From Octopus sinensis (Eukaryota), in contig NW_021833764.1 in assembly GCF_006345805.1 (NCBI RefSeq), positions 12,487 through 76,486 on the forward strand: 64,000 nucleotides of DNA, given 5' to 3'. Under the pieces are notes generated by a model. That model saw only the letters and a list, made by a program, of their open reading frames with translations, was not told the origin of the DNA and did no database searches. Below are positions 53,559 to 63,816 of the stretch, in pieces (the stretch's first letter is position 1; the number at the start of each line of letters is the position of its first letter). Both the position numbers and the translations under genes were made by a program.

Positions 53559-54225
53559 CAGTAATCTTATTTTCATCACGTGCTTTCACTACACTACCGA
53601 ATGCAGCTCTGTGTGCCTTGGGTATGTGATGTGGTTTGTTGTGGTGCCCATTCTTTCACTGTACTGAAAGTGTTTTACATAGGATGCGTGCAGAGCCTAG
53701 TAGTGCAATTTTCTGTATGCGATATATATTTGTAAGTCCTTGTGTTTTGTTATGTATTTGTCTAAATGTTTTTATCATACCTGATGCATCTACTATGATG
53801 GGCGTTGTTTCTATTGGGTTGGGGCATAATTATTGCGGTTTTTTCTTCAACAAATTCTATTCAACAAAAACAATAACAATATTTTTTAAAAAACATCTTA
53901 AATGATGGTCTGACCGTCTGCCAAACAAAACGCCAAGCAGTAATTGAAGTAGATGGTGAATATGCTCCAGAATAATCATTTAAAGATGTTTTTGTTACAT
54001 GTTATTGTTTTTGTTGAATAAAATTTGTTGAAAAAAAGCCGCAATAATTATGCACCAGCCCAATATTTTTAAGTTCCACATTCGAAATACCTCTATTTCT
54101 AGATCTTTGTATTTTGAAATTTTCCCCTTTCTTTTAGAGAAACGTTGCCATCTGTTGGTATTGATATACCGTTTAGAAAACAATTTTTTTTCTTAGTAAT
54201 CTCTGACAACTATATCCGGTTTCTT
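53559..54225 (-). mobile_element. 3' fragment of an RLE-type non-LTR retrotransposon (R4/Dong-like), degenerate
   Basis: Minus strand reads KPDIVVRDY*EKNCFL..ISIPTDGNVSLKE/(frameshift)KISKYKDLEIEVFRMWNLK-[MITE]-IETTPIIVDASGMIK...IQKIALLGSARILCKTLSVQ* (stop at 53656-53658). This has the PD and KY..L motifs of the restriction-like endonuclease, a short 3' UTR and an (AAT)n tail. Confidence 0.8.
53814..54063 (+). mobile_element. Mariner-derived MITE (250 bp) with TA target duplication
   Basis: ~85-bp imperfect TIRs TTGGGTTGGGGCATAATTATTGCGG... / ...CCGCAATAATTATGCACCAGCCCAA; TA at 53812-53813 and 54064-54065. Internal remnant DRLPNK.QAVIEVDGEYAPE* resembles the mariner transposase C-terminus. 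Confidence 0.88.
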
Positions 54226-54460
54226 ACCTCCGCATTCGCGAAGGCGGAAGAATTGCTTCAGTCGTGTTCGTTTGTTTGTTTGTGCTATTGGATTTTTTGT
54301 CCATGGACAGGATATCTCGAGAACTGCTCCATGGATCCAGATGAAACTTTCAGTGATGTTTAGCCTCATGATCTGCACGAACTCGTTAGATTTTGGGATC
54401 AATTAGGGTTAGGGTTAGGGTACCGGACAAGGATTCTGGATAATTTGTCATATTTACTTT
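54224..54460 (+). mobile_element. Non-autonomous element with 5' hairpin and GTTT repeats (Helentron/HINE-like, tentative)
   Basis: TTACCTCCGC-ATTCGCGAAG-GCGGAAG hairpin, then (GTTT)n. A second fragment GGGATCGATC..ACCGGACAAGGATTCTGGATTAT lies at ~55851-55889. Confidence 0.45.
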
Positions 54461-54704
54461 ACTTTACAAGAAGTACTATGATCTTACGTTGACTTTCAAG
54501 CCTTTCTCTGATTATCTCCCTTGAAGCACGCTAATTTTTTCCAGGTAAGTTATGGTGGCGTTGCTGTTTCCAAAGTTTTATTTTCGTCTCTCTCTTATTA
54601 ATTTTACTCGTGTCTCTATCTTAGTAGAAACTGATGGATAAAGAAACCAAACTACATAAACAAATGACAGCAAAACCATTCAGAAATTAAATAACACTAA
54701 CATA

Positions 54705-55098
54705 GGCGCATGAGTGGCTGTGTGGTAAGTAGCTTGCTAACCAACCACATGGTTCTGGCTTCAGTCCCACTGCGTGGCATCTTGGGCAGGTGTCTTCTGC
54801 TATAGCCCCGGGCCGACCAATGCCCTGTGAGTGGATTTGGTAGACGGAAACTGAAAGAAGCCTGTCGTATATATGTATATATATGTATGTGTGTGTGTGT
54901 GTTTGTCCCCCTAGCATTGCCTGACAACCGATGCTAGTGTGTTTACGTCCCCGTCACTTAGCGGTTCGGCTAAAGAGACCGATAGAATAAGTACTGGGCT
55001 TACAAAGAATAAGTCCCGGGGTCGATTTGCTCGATTAAAGGTGGTGCTCCAGCATGGCCGCAGTCAAATGACTGAAACAAGTAAAAGAGTAAAGAGTA
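54705..55098 (+). mobile_element. Full-length tRNA-derived SINE
   Basis: Head GGCGCATGAGTGGCTGTGTGGTAAG with GTTCAGTCC-type B-box region, TA/TG linker, body ...GATAGAATAAGTACT...GGGGTCGATTTG..., tail GGTGCTCCAGCATGGCCGCAGTCAAATGACTGAAACAAGTAAAAGAGTA. At least three near-identical copies in the window. Confidence 0.9.
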
Positions 55099-55371
55099 TA
55101 TTCAGTAACAATAATTAATTTAATTTATCGTCGATAATTTTTAGTTTTACCAGTTTTTAATATATCACTCCTGATTAAAACCTCTTACCTAATTGACAAT
55201 TGCAGTTCTAGCTCTGCCTTGAAGGAAGCTTCACTTCTTGGACTCACATTTATGTGAACAACGACCCTTCCGTTAACAACGCAGTATGCAGGTCCTCTCC
55301 GTTTTCTTTCAAGCGAGGATAAATTTTTCACTGTAGACCTTAATGGCTGTAAAGACACTATATAAGTGTAT

Positions 55372-55756
55372 GGTGGAGGCGCAATGGCCCAGTGGTTAGG
55401 GCAGCGGACTCGCGGTCGTAGGATCGCGGTTTCGATTCCCAGACCGGGCGTTGTGAGTGTTTATTGAGCGAAAACACCTAAAGCTCCACGAGGCTCCGGC
55501 AGGGGATGGTGGTGATCCCTGCTGTACTCTTTCGCCACAACTTTCTCTCACTCTTACTTCCTGTTTCTGTTGTACCTGTTTTCCAAAGGGCCGGTCTTGT
55601 CACTCTCTGTGTCACGCTGAATATCCCCGAGAACTACGTTAAGGGTACACGTGTCTGTGGAGTGCTCAGGACACTTACACGTTAATTTCACGAGCAGGCT
55701 GTTCCGTTGATCGGATCAACCGGAACCCTCGTCGTCGTAACCGACGGAGTGCTTCC
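55372..55756 (+). mobile_element. tRNA-derived SINE, second family, with TSD
   Basis: A-box TGGCCCAGTGG and B-box GGTTTCGATTCC; near-identical to 63284-63655. TSD ATATAAGTG(T/G)AT at 55360-55371 and 55757-55768. Confidence 0.9.
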
Positions 55757-55939
55757 ATATAAGTGGATAGATTAAAACCGTCCCTGTTCCCACTGCAGAC
55801 TACACACACAGTATTACAAACACGGCACACTTGCCCACCTATGACTACTATTGGGATCGATCATTACCGGACAAGGATTCTGGATTATCTGTTCGGTTGT
55901 CAAGCGATTTGGGGGGGGGACAAACAAACAAACATATAC

Positions 55940-56096
55940 GGCTGTGTGGTAAGTAGCTTTCTTACGAACCACATGGCTCCGGGTTCAGTCCCACTGCGTG
56001 GCACCTTGGGCAACTATCTCCTACTATAGCCTCGGGCCGACCAAAGCCTTGTGAGTGGATTTGGTTGACGGAAACGGTAAGAAGCCCGTCGTATAT
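55940..56096 (+). mobile_element. SINE head (same family as 54705)
   Basis: GCTGTGTGGTAAGTAGC...GGGTTCAGTCCCACTGCGTGGCACC...GAAGCCCGTCGTATATA. Confidence 0.85.
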
Positions 56097-56100
56097 ACAT

Positions 56101-57158
56101 TAGTTAGTTAGTTAGTTAGTTAGTTAATTTGGCTCAAAAGCAAATAGCAAGGCCATGTAGGGGGACATGGAGTTAAGTACAGGGTGGTGTTCATGTAAAG
56201 AATTCAGGCCACTTGAGGTCCAGGGAGGCTTTGAACAAAGCGGTCGTCGGCATCTTCACCATCTCATCTGGCAGCTTGTTCCACGGATCCGCAACCCGGA
56301 CGGAGAAAGCTCCTCTCCTTCGATTGAGATGAAATCGTCGCAGGTAGAGCTTTTCGGAATGACCCCGCAGCCGACGCTCCGGAGCAGGAGTGAAGAACAG
56401 CTCTTTCGAGAGGTTACACTTCCCGCTTATGATGTTGTGGGCGAGAATGAGATCACCACGGCGGCGGCGTTTTCAAGAGAATAAAGGTCGAGCGTCTCAG
56501 CCTTTCTTCGTAGGACAAATTTTTGAGACCATGAACCACGCGGGTAGCCAGCCTCTGGACTCTTTCGAGGTGCTGTATGTCTTTGAGGAGATAAGGAGAA
56601 GAGGCTTGAATCCCATACTCCAATATGGGTCTCAACAGCGTGACATAGAGTGGCAGGAATATGGCTGCTGTGAGCACTCCGAATGACCGTCGAATCAAAA
56701 ACAGAATTCCGCGCGCTTGTTGGCAGCATGGACGCACTGGGCCGAAGGCGAAAAGGAGGAATCCACCAAGATACCCAGGTCCTTTACCTGATCGGTCCTC
56801 TCCAGCAGCAGACGACCCGGCTCGAAATCAAGTGAGTTGTAGGAGTAGAGCCGACAGGCAGATGACAGCACTTTGACACGTTCAGACACAGGTCCCAATC
56901 GTTAGACCACTTCCAAATTTGGTGGAGGCATCGACGAAGATCCTCTATACTACCGCGAGGAGCGACCAGTTTGATATCGTCGGCAAATAGAAGGGTGTGT
57001 TGCGTGAGGTCGTCGGGCAAGTCATTTATGAAGACTAAGAACAACAAGGGCCCAAGCACTGAACCTTGAGGCACGCCACTGCTCGCACTGGAGACGTCGG
57101 ACCGCGAACCATTAACTTGAACTTGGAAGGAGCGATCTGAGAGGAAGGCACCAACCCA
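56101..57158 (-). mobile_element. 5'-truncated CR1-like LINE (RT domain to 3' end), frameshifted
   Basis: Minus strand reads AFLSDRSFQVQVNG...GVPQGSVLGPLLFLVFINDLP...LLFADDIKL...LNVSKC, then KDLGILVDS, LYVTLLRPILEY...LERVQRLATR...SYEERL, RRRRGDLI...PWNKLP; stop at 56191-56193; (AACT)n tail at 56101-56126. Confidence 0.92.
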
Positions 57159-57257
57159 TATGAAATACTTTTCTATTCCTGTGTGTTATACTAGTACATC
57201 TGTTTTTATTGTACACCACCTGTCTTCGTCTTTTGTTTTTTCGTAAACTCTCCCCAT

Positions 57258-57288
<31 letters not shown>

Positions 57289-57292
<4 letters not shown>

Positions 57293-57946
57293 AACTCAGG
57301 ACACTTACATTAAAGAATTAATATTTCGGATTATGTATGTTCTTATGGTTGATAAATAAATAAGTCAACATTCTAATATCCTAAAGCTGATAAGCCAACT
57401 AATGTGTTTCTCCATTTTCTTATTTGTAATATAAATTAATAGTAAAATATTTCTTTACCTTCACCCATTTAATACAATAAGTAAGTTTATTGCATTGCGA
57501 TGAAAAACACTTGTGTATGGATAATTTGGGTATTATACCAACAGTATATTGGATAAGTATTATCCATTAGTGGGTTAGATACACAACCCCTAACTTGTTA
57601 AATAATAAGGAATAATGAGGAACATAATAATGAGGAATAACTATTGCTAATAATTGTATATGTATATACTATCTATGCAACTTTGAGGGTATTGCTGGTA
57701 AAACTGAGTACGTTTGAGTATGGTATGATAGTCACTCAAATTGAATATTGTTGGAAAAATGGAGATAATACGGGTGGATTCATCGCTAAAGGATATACCA
57801 ATACCAAATAAGGACACTTACATTAAGGAATTAATATTTAAGATTATGGATGTTATTTTGGTTGTCGTTTTAATAAATAAAATAAAATAAAATAATATCC
57901 TAAAGCTGATAAACCAACTAATATGTTTCTCCATTTTCTATTTGTT
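57289..57946. repeat. ~660-bp element bounded by ~140-bp diverged direct repeats
   Basis: AGGACACTTACATTAA.GAATTAATATTT...AATATCCTAAAGCTGATAA.CCAACTAAT.TGTTTCTCCATTTTCT at 57289-57430 and 57802-57946; flanked by (TA)n. Confidence 0.7.
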
Positions 57947-57973
57947 ATATATTATATATATATATAGTGTGTT

Positions 57974-58008
<35 letters not shown>

Positions 58009-58110
58009 ATTGTATATATATATATATATATGCATATATATATATTTATATTTATATTTATACATATATAATAATATTATTATTTATATTTATATATATA
58101 CATATATATG

Positions 58111-58144
<34 letters not shown>

Positions 58145-58220
58145 ATATACACATATTTATATATATAAGTAAATATATAAATATATTTAATATATATTCA
58201 CGCACACCACACACACACAC

Positions 58221-58262
<42 letters not shown>

Positions 58263-58407
58263 TAATACTGTTAAGCAGTGTTTGGCCGTAAGTAACTGTA
58301 GTTTGTGAAAAATGTTTCTGATATGTTTAGAAGGTGAAATATGTCGCAAAAATATTTTAACTAAGATAAAGTTCATATTACATATTGTTCTATGTTAGAT
58401 ACCATCA

Positions 58408-58448
<41 letters not shown>

Positions 58449-58538
58449 TTATAATGTGTGTGTATATATACATATATATATATCTACATATCTACATATA
58501 TATCTACATATATATATAGATATAGATATATATAATAT

Positions 58539-58588
<50 letters not shown>

Positions 58589-59011
58589 TACATACATATA
58601 GATATATATGTATTTATTTATATTATATATATATATGTGTGTGTGTGTGGAGGCGCAATGGCCCAGTGGTTAGGGTAGCGGATCGCGGTTTCGATTCCCA
58701 GGCCGGGCGTTGTGTGTGTTTATTGAGCGAAAACACCTAAAAAACTCCACGAGGCTCCGGCAGGGGGTGGTGATCCCTGCTGTACTCTTTCACCACTCTT
58801 TCTCTCACTCTTTCTGCTGTTGGCCTGCTCGCTTAGCCAGCGGGGTTGCGTCATTCGAAGGCTAAAACAATGCGAACGCATTGTGACCAGCGATGTGTAG
58901 CAACATCTGATGGTCTGGTCGGTCACGTGACCACGTAATCTATATATATATATACATATATATATATATACATACATATAGATATATATAGTGATTTATA
59001 TATGTATATAT

Positions 59012-59050
<39 letters not shown>

Positions 59051-59113
59051 TACACACACATAATATTATATACATACATACATATAGATATATATGTATT
59101 TATATATGTATAT

Positions 59114-59149
<36 letters not shown>

Positions 59150-59294
59150 CATATATACACACACATATATATATACATACATACATATAGATAATATGTA
59201 TTATATATGTATATATATGATATATAAATATATATATATATATATAATACCACACACATATATATATGTCACTATATATATATATACACATAAA

Positions 59295-59345
<51 letters not shown>
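57946..59345. repeat. (TA)n-dominated microsatellite field interrupted by a SINE and short unique stretches
   Basis: Direct reading. Confidence 0.85.
58647..58930 (+). mobile_element. tRNA-derived SINE with the 55372-type head but a different 3' half
   Basis: GTGGAGGCGCAATGGCCCAGTGGTTAGGG...CTCTCACTCTT, then GGCCTGCTCGCTTAGCCAGCGGGG...GGTCGGTCACGTGA. Confidence 0.8.
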
Positions 59346-59347
<2 letters not shown>

Positions 59348-59757
59348 GTCACTAGAGTAACTGAAAGCACCAGTATTGCTAGAAATAAGAGTTAAAACAA
59401 CTCCTAACCACAAAAAATGCACTTATCTTAATGACCAAACTAAATTAAAACGTGACTTATGCCTATAAACATGCATATGAATTAATAATATGTAGGAATG
59501 AAAATTATGATATATAATAATGAAAAGACTATATAATTACATTCGTAACCGTTAAAATATAGAAATTGGTATTGGATTATAATAAAGTTATTAAGAGACC
59601 TGACGATTGGGGGTTGCATTTAAGAAACGTTCCTGTAACGAACGTTAAACGTATCTCATGAAACGCGTGTAGCAGAGAAATTTAGAAATGATTAGTAAGT
59701 ATTATAATAAAATTCTTTTATTTGGTGTGATGTATATTAGGAGTTGATGAATTGTAT
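59345..59757 (+). mobile_element. Possible Penelope-like 3' end / pseudo-LTR remnant
   Basis: ELIICRNENY* (from 59479) resembles the PLE C-terminal ELI..CRH.N motif; downstream CTGACGA...GAAAC and GAAACGCGT are hammerhead-like motifs. Confidence 0.35.
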
Positions 59758-59802
59758 GGGGACTTCTATCTCTAAAAACACACACACACACACACAACAC
59801 AC

Positions 59803-59842
<40 letters not shown>

Positions 59843-59879
59843 ATTATACATACATACATACCATACATACATTCATACA

Positions 59880-59915
<36 letters not shown>

Positions 59916-59950
59916 TATTATTATATATATTATATATATATTTATATATA

Positions 59951-60257
59951 GAGGGCATTATACATACATGCCAGACGGCATTATACATACATGCCAAACG
60001 CTAAGAGGGACAATCAGTCATTTCTACCAAAAATATTACTAATCCCACCGAATGCAATTTTTCAAAGTAAGACATTTAAAAATATAGACCTGTATCACAG
60101 TGATTTCATATAGATACAGGTCTATATTTTAAATGTCTTACTTTGAAAAATTGCATTCGGTGGGATTAGTAATATTTTTGGTAGAAATGACTGATTGTCC
60201 CTCTTAGCGTTTGGCATGTATGTATAATGCCGTCTGGCATGTATGTATAATGCCCTC
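59951..60257. mobile_element. 307-bp foldback element (MITE-like), GAGGG...CCCTC termini in TA repeats
   Basis: Arms 59951-60096 and 60113-60257 are reverse complements except for one A indel; 16-nt spacer ACAGTGATTTCATATA. Confidence 0.9.
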
Positions 60258-60381
60258 TATATATATTAATATGTTCAATAAGAAATAATTATTTCGAAAT
60301 TTTTTCTCTTATGAGGTTTTTACGCTATCTACCTGACAATTTCTTGTTAAGTTTTCCTTATTAAGTAGTTGTCCTTAATTG

Positions 60382-60419
<38 letters not shown>

Positions 60420-60469
60420 TATATAATATATATATATATATGTGTGTAATATATATTATATATATATTA

Positions 60470-60586
60470 GAGGGAAGCCACCATGTGGACACCAATTGCC
60501 AGATCCGTTACGGTCTCACCACCAAGAAATAGGGACCGTAGCGGATCTATTTCTAGCATATGGGTGTCCACATGATGGCTTCCCTC
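60470..60586. mobile_element. 117-bp foldback element, GAGGG...CCCTC termini in TA repeats
   Basis: Outer arms of 24 bp (GAGGGAAGCCACCATGTGGACACC, 1 mismatch); inner arms of 15 bp (AGATCCGTTACGGTC, 1 mismatch). Confidence 0.85.
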
Positions 60587-60718
60587 TAATATATATTTAA
60601 TACAGTTTTACTGAACCTTCAGTTTTTTTTATGCTAGACCACTGGTGTGAAATCGATGTTAAATTAATATCTAATTTCTCCCCATTAATTTAGATATAAA
60701 ATTATATATATATATATA

Positions 60719-60933
60719 TTAGAAAAAATACCTTTTATCAATGCAAAATGAACAATTAAATTACACTATATATAAAATTACATATAATAGAAATATTAAA
60801 ATTAAAATAACAATAAAATACCAATTATATACGTTTTATTGTTATTTTAATCTTAATATTTCTATTATATGTAATTTTCTAGATTGGTAATTTAATTGTT
60901 CACTTTGAATTGATAAAATGTGTTTTTTTCTAA
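60719..60933. repeat. ~215-bp AT-rich imperfect inverted repeat
   Basis: CATATAATAGAAATATTAAAATTAAAATAACAATAAAA (60781-60818) pairs with 60834-60871 (1 mismatch); pairing extends outward with more mismatches to TTAGAAAAAA/TTTTTTCTAA. Confidence 0.8.
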
Positions 60934-61558
60934 TTTATATATATATTATATATATATATATATATATCTATATATATATATACATAGTGTGAAATTTGAT
61001 TTAGTATTTCTAATTGAATTTTTTCCCTGTAAGTTAGGATTAATATTCCCTCAAATAATTATTGTATATATATATATTAAATTAGAGATAAAACCACTAT
61101 TAGGCAAATCAAACAGTGAACATCATAAGCCAATACATAGAAATAAAATTAATTTTAAAAATATATAAAAAATATAAAATATAAAATATAAAATTCCAAA
61201 TTTTTATATTTAAATTAAAGTTAAAATTTTTAAATTATTTAAATTAATAATTTAAACTTATAAATATATATATTAGAAGGTTTGGAGATGGTGTACAGGT
61301 ATTTTGTATTAGAAGAAATGAGGTACTCAGAAATTCGGATGGTTTTATATTTACAGATATTTATTTGTATATTACATGTTTTTATGCATCATATAACATA
61401 TCATATATCATATATTAGCGCTTTCGTCGATTCTGGTGGATTTTTCAAATTGAACTAAGTTCCTGTGGAAAAATCTTTGACCATTTTATAGTGTTATTGA
61501 GTGTGTAGTGGTGGGGGGGATATAAGATAGTACAAGAGGATGATGATATATATATTCA

Positions 61559-61968
61559 AGGCGCCGGAGTGGCTGTGTGGTAAGTAGCTTGCTAACCAGC
61601 CACATGGTTCTGGGTTCAGTCCCACTGCGTGGCATCTTGGGCTAGTGTCTTCTGCTACAGCCCCGGGCCGACCAATGCCTTGTGAGTCGATTTGGTACAC
61701 GGAAACTGAAAGAAGCCTGTCGTATATATGTATATATATATATGTATGTGTGTGTGTTTGTGCGTCTGTGTTTGTCCCCCTAGCATTGCTTGACAACCGA
61801 TGCTGGTGTGTTTACGTCCCCGTCACTTAGCGGTTCGGCAAAAAGAGACCCATAGAATAAGTACTGGGCTTACAAAAAGAATAAGTCCCGGGGTCGAGTT
61901 GCTCGACTAAAGGCAGTGCTCCAGCATGGCCGCAGTCAAATGACTGAAACAAGTAAAAGAGTAAAGAG
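61559..61968 (+). mobile_element. Full-length tRNA-derived SINE (54705 family) with 10-bp TSD
   Basis: Near-identical to 54705-55098; TSD TATATATTCA at 61549-61558 and 61969-61978. Confidence 0.92.
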
Positions 61969-62013
61969 TATATATTCATATATACATACATATATGCTTG
62001 TGTCTGTGATTAT

Positions 62014-62196
62014 CTTCCACTACCGCTTAGTGTGTTCACGTACCTGTAACTTAGTAGTTCGGCAAAGGAGAACGATAGAATAAGTGGAGCCAGATTTTAA
62101 AAACATAGGTATTGGTGTCGATACATTTGACTAAAATTCTACAAGGTGGTGCCCTAGCATGGCCGCAATCCATTGACTGAAACAAGTAAAAGATAC
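62014..62196 (+). mobile_element. Older diverged SINE body and tail
   Basis: GTGTTCACGTACCTGTAACTTAG..GTTCGGCAAA...AAGGTGGTGCCCTAGCATGGCCGCAATCCATTGACTGAAACAAGTAAAAGA. Confidence 0.75.
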
Positions 62197-62479
62197 AAAA
62201 AGAGATGTGTGCGTGTGTGTGCGTACGTGTGTGTGTCTAGCTTTATGTACTTCGAGATCCTCTGTTCCAAAAGTTTAATTGTTTCATCTTCCCTATGGTG
62301 TCTATTGATCAATTCTTATGATTGATGAAGCGTTTTTAATTCATTTGCTTCCAATTTAGCAATTAGAACGCATCTGATACACTAATTACCTTAGCACAAA
62401 TTAATTGATTTATCATTCGTCGACAAAAGCAGAGCTCTAGAAGGTCAAGGACTTTGGGGCCATACACGTTCCAGATATA

Positions 62480-62650
62480 TCTATTATATAAAATCCGTTA
62501 TGTCTGTGTGTGTGTCTTCTAGGATCTCGGGCATCCTCCATCCGATTGCGCTCAAATTTGATATGTAGATACCGATGGTATCATGGCGTGTATAAGTCTT
62601 GAAAAAATTTTTAAAATCGATTCCAGGTGAGAATGCGATCGATAAAGCCG
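62480..62650 (+). mobile_element. 5' part of a second Helitron-like family (tentative)
   Basis: A|TCTATTATATAAAATCCGTTATGTCTGTGTGTG start resembles Helitron 5' ends; no CTAG 3' end found. Confidence 0.4.
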
Positions 62651-63004
62651 TTTTTCTCCTGCTTTTCTTCTATCAACCTGTACATAACTGCACCTTCCAT
62701 TACTGCTTAAAGGCACGTTTCTTTCCTGCCAAGCTTACTCTTTAAACCATGTTTGTGTTCTCCCAGTCAACAGCCTTATCATTACTGGTACTTTAAACCC
62801 TTCGGTTGCATATGTGTGTGAATAAAATCGTTTTTCTTTGGAATAGAAAGAAAAGCCTATCTTTATTTCTTCTTTTGCTGGTGTCTCAAATTTAGGTTAA
62901 ATTAGTGTTTCTCAAAGGGGAGGCCTATGGGACGGTCGGACAAGTTGTTTTGAGAAAATTTGGCTAAAATGTTTGACAACTCAGCACCGTCCATTGGACG
63001 GTGG

Positions 63005-63242
63005 GCGTTTTGTCAAACGTGGCTCGAGAAGGAACAAACAAGGGACGGTTTCCCGGTTTTATGGCGTATAAGTTCTCCACCTGAACGGGACCCCAGTCCG
63101 TAGCTGGAATACTCATTGTTGCCAGTTGAGTGAAATGAAGAGTTTTGCTCAAGAACACAATGCGTCGCGCGGCCCAGGAACCGAATGCTTAACATTACTT
63201 CCATGAGTCCAACATGCTAACCACTAATCCACGCGCCTCCAC
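63005..63242 (-). mobile_element. Diverged tRNA-derived SINE, third family
   Basis: Reverse complement GTGGAGGCGCGTGGATTAGTGGTTAGCATGTTGGACTC...TTCGGTTCC...TTGTGTTCTTGAGCAAAAC. Confidence 0.65.
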
Positions 63243-63283
63243 AAGCTATAAGATAACATTCAAGTACTCAGCTATAAGTCCAC

Positions 63284-63655
63284 TGTGGAGGCGCAATGGC
63301 CCAGTGGTTAGGGCAGCGGACTCGCGGTTTCGATTCCCAGACCGGGCGTTGTGAGTGTTTATTGAGCGAAAACACCTAAAGCTCCACGAGGCTCCGGCAG
63401 GGGATGGTGGTGATCCCTGCTGTACTCTTTCACCACAACTTTCTCTCACTCTTACTTCCTGTTTCTGTTGTACCTGTATTTCAAAGGGCCAGCCTTGTCA
63501 CTCTCTGTGTCACGCTGAATATCCCCGAGAACTACGTTAAGGGTATACGTGTCTGTGGAGTGCTCAGCCACTTACACGTTAATTTCACGAGCAGGCTGTT
63601 CCGTTGATTCGGATCAACCGGAACCCTCGTCGTCGTAACCGACGGAGGGCTTCCA
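63284..63655 (+). mobile_element. tRNA-derived SINE (55372 family) with 11-bp TSD
   Basis: TSD TATAAGTCCAC at 63273-63283 and 63656-63666. Confidence 0.92.
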
Positions 63656-63816
63656 TATAAGTCCACGGCTGTAAGCTATTCAAGTTCATAACATATTGGG
63701 TTTTCTTCCTCTATCTTCCCTTTTTTCTTATTGCCGCTCAATACTCGTCTCACGCTTCGTTCGGAAACATACATAGATTGAGTTCTATCCCAGGTTAATA
63801 GTCTGACTATGCCTAA

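Noticed and set aside
54403-54420. True chromosome end
   Set aside because: Only three TTAGGG units, embedded internally with ordinary sequence on both sides.
56427-57074. Functional reverse transcriptase gene
   Set aside because: 5'-truncated, split over several frames and lacking the endonuclease; a dead LINE copy.
55457-63607. Repeated small ORFs [10 protein letters not shown]... and MSSNARGTNT...
   Set aside because: They lie within SINE copies.
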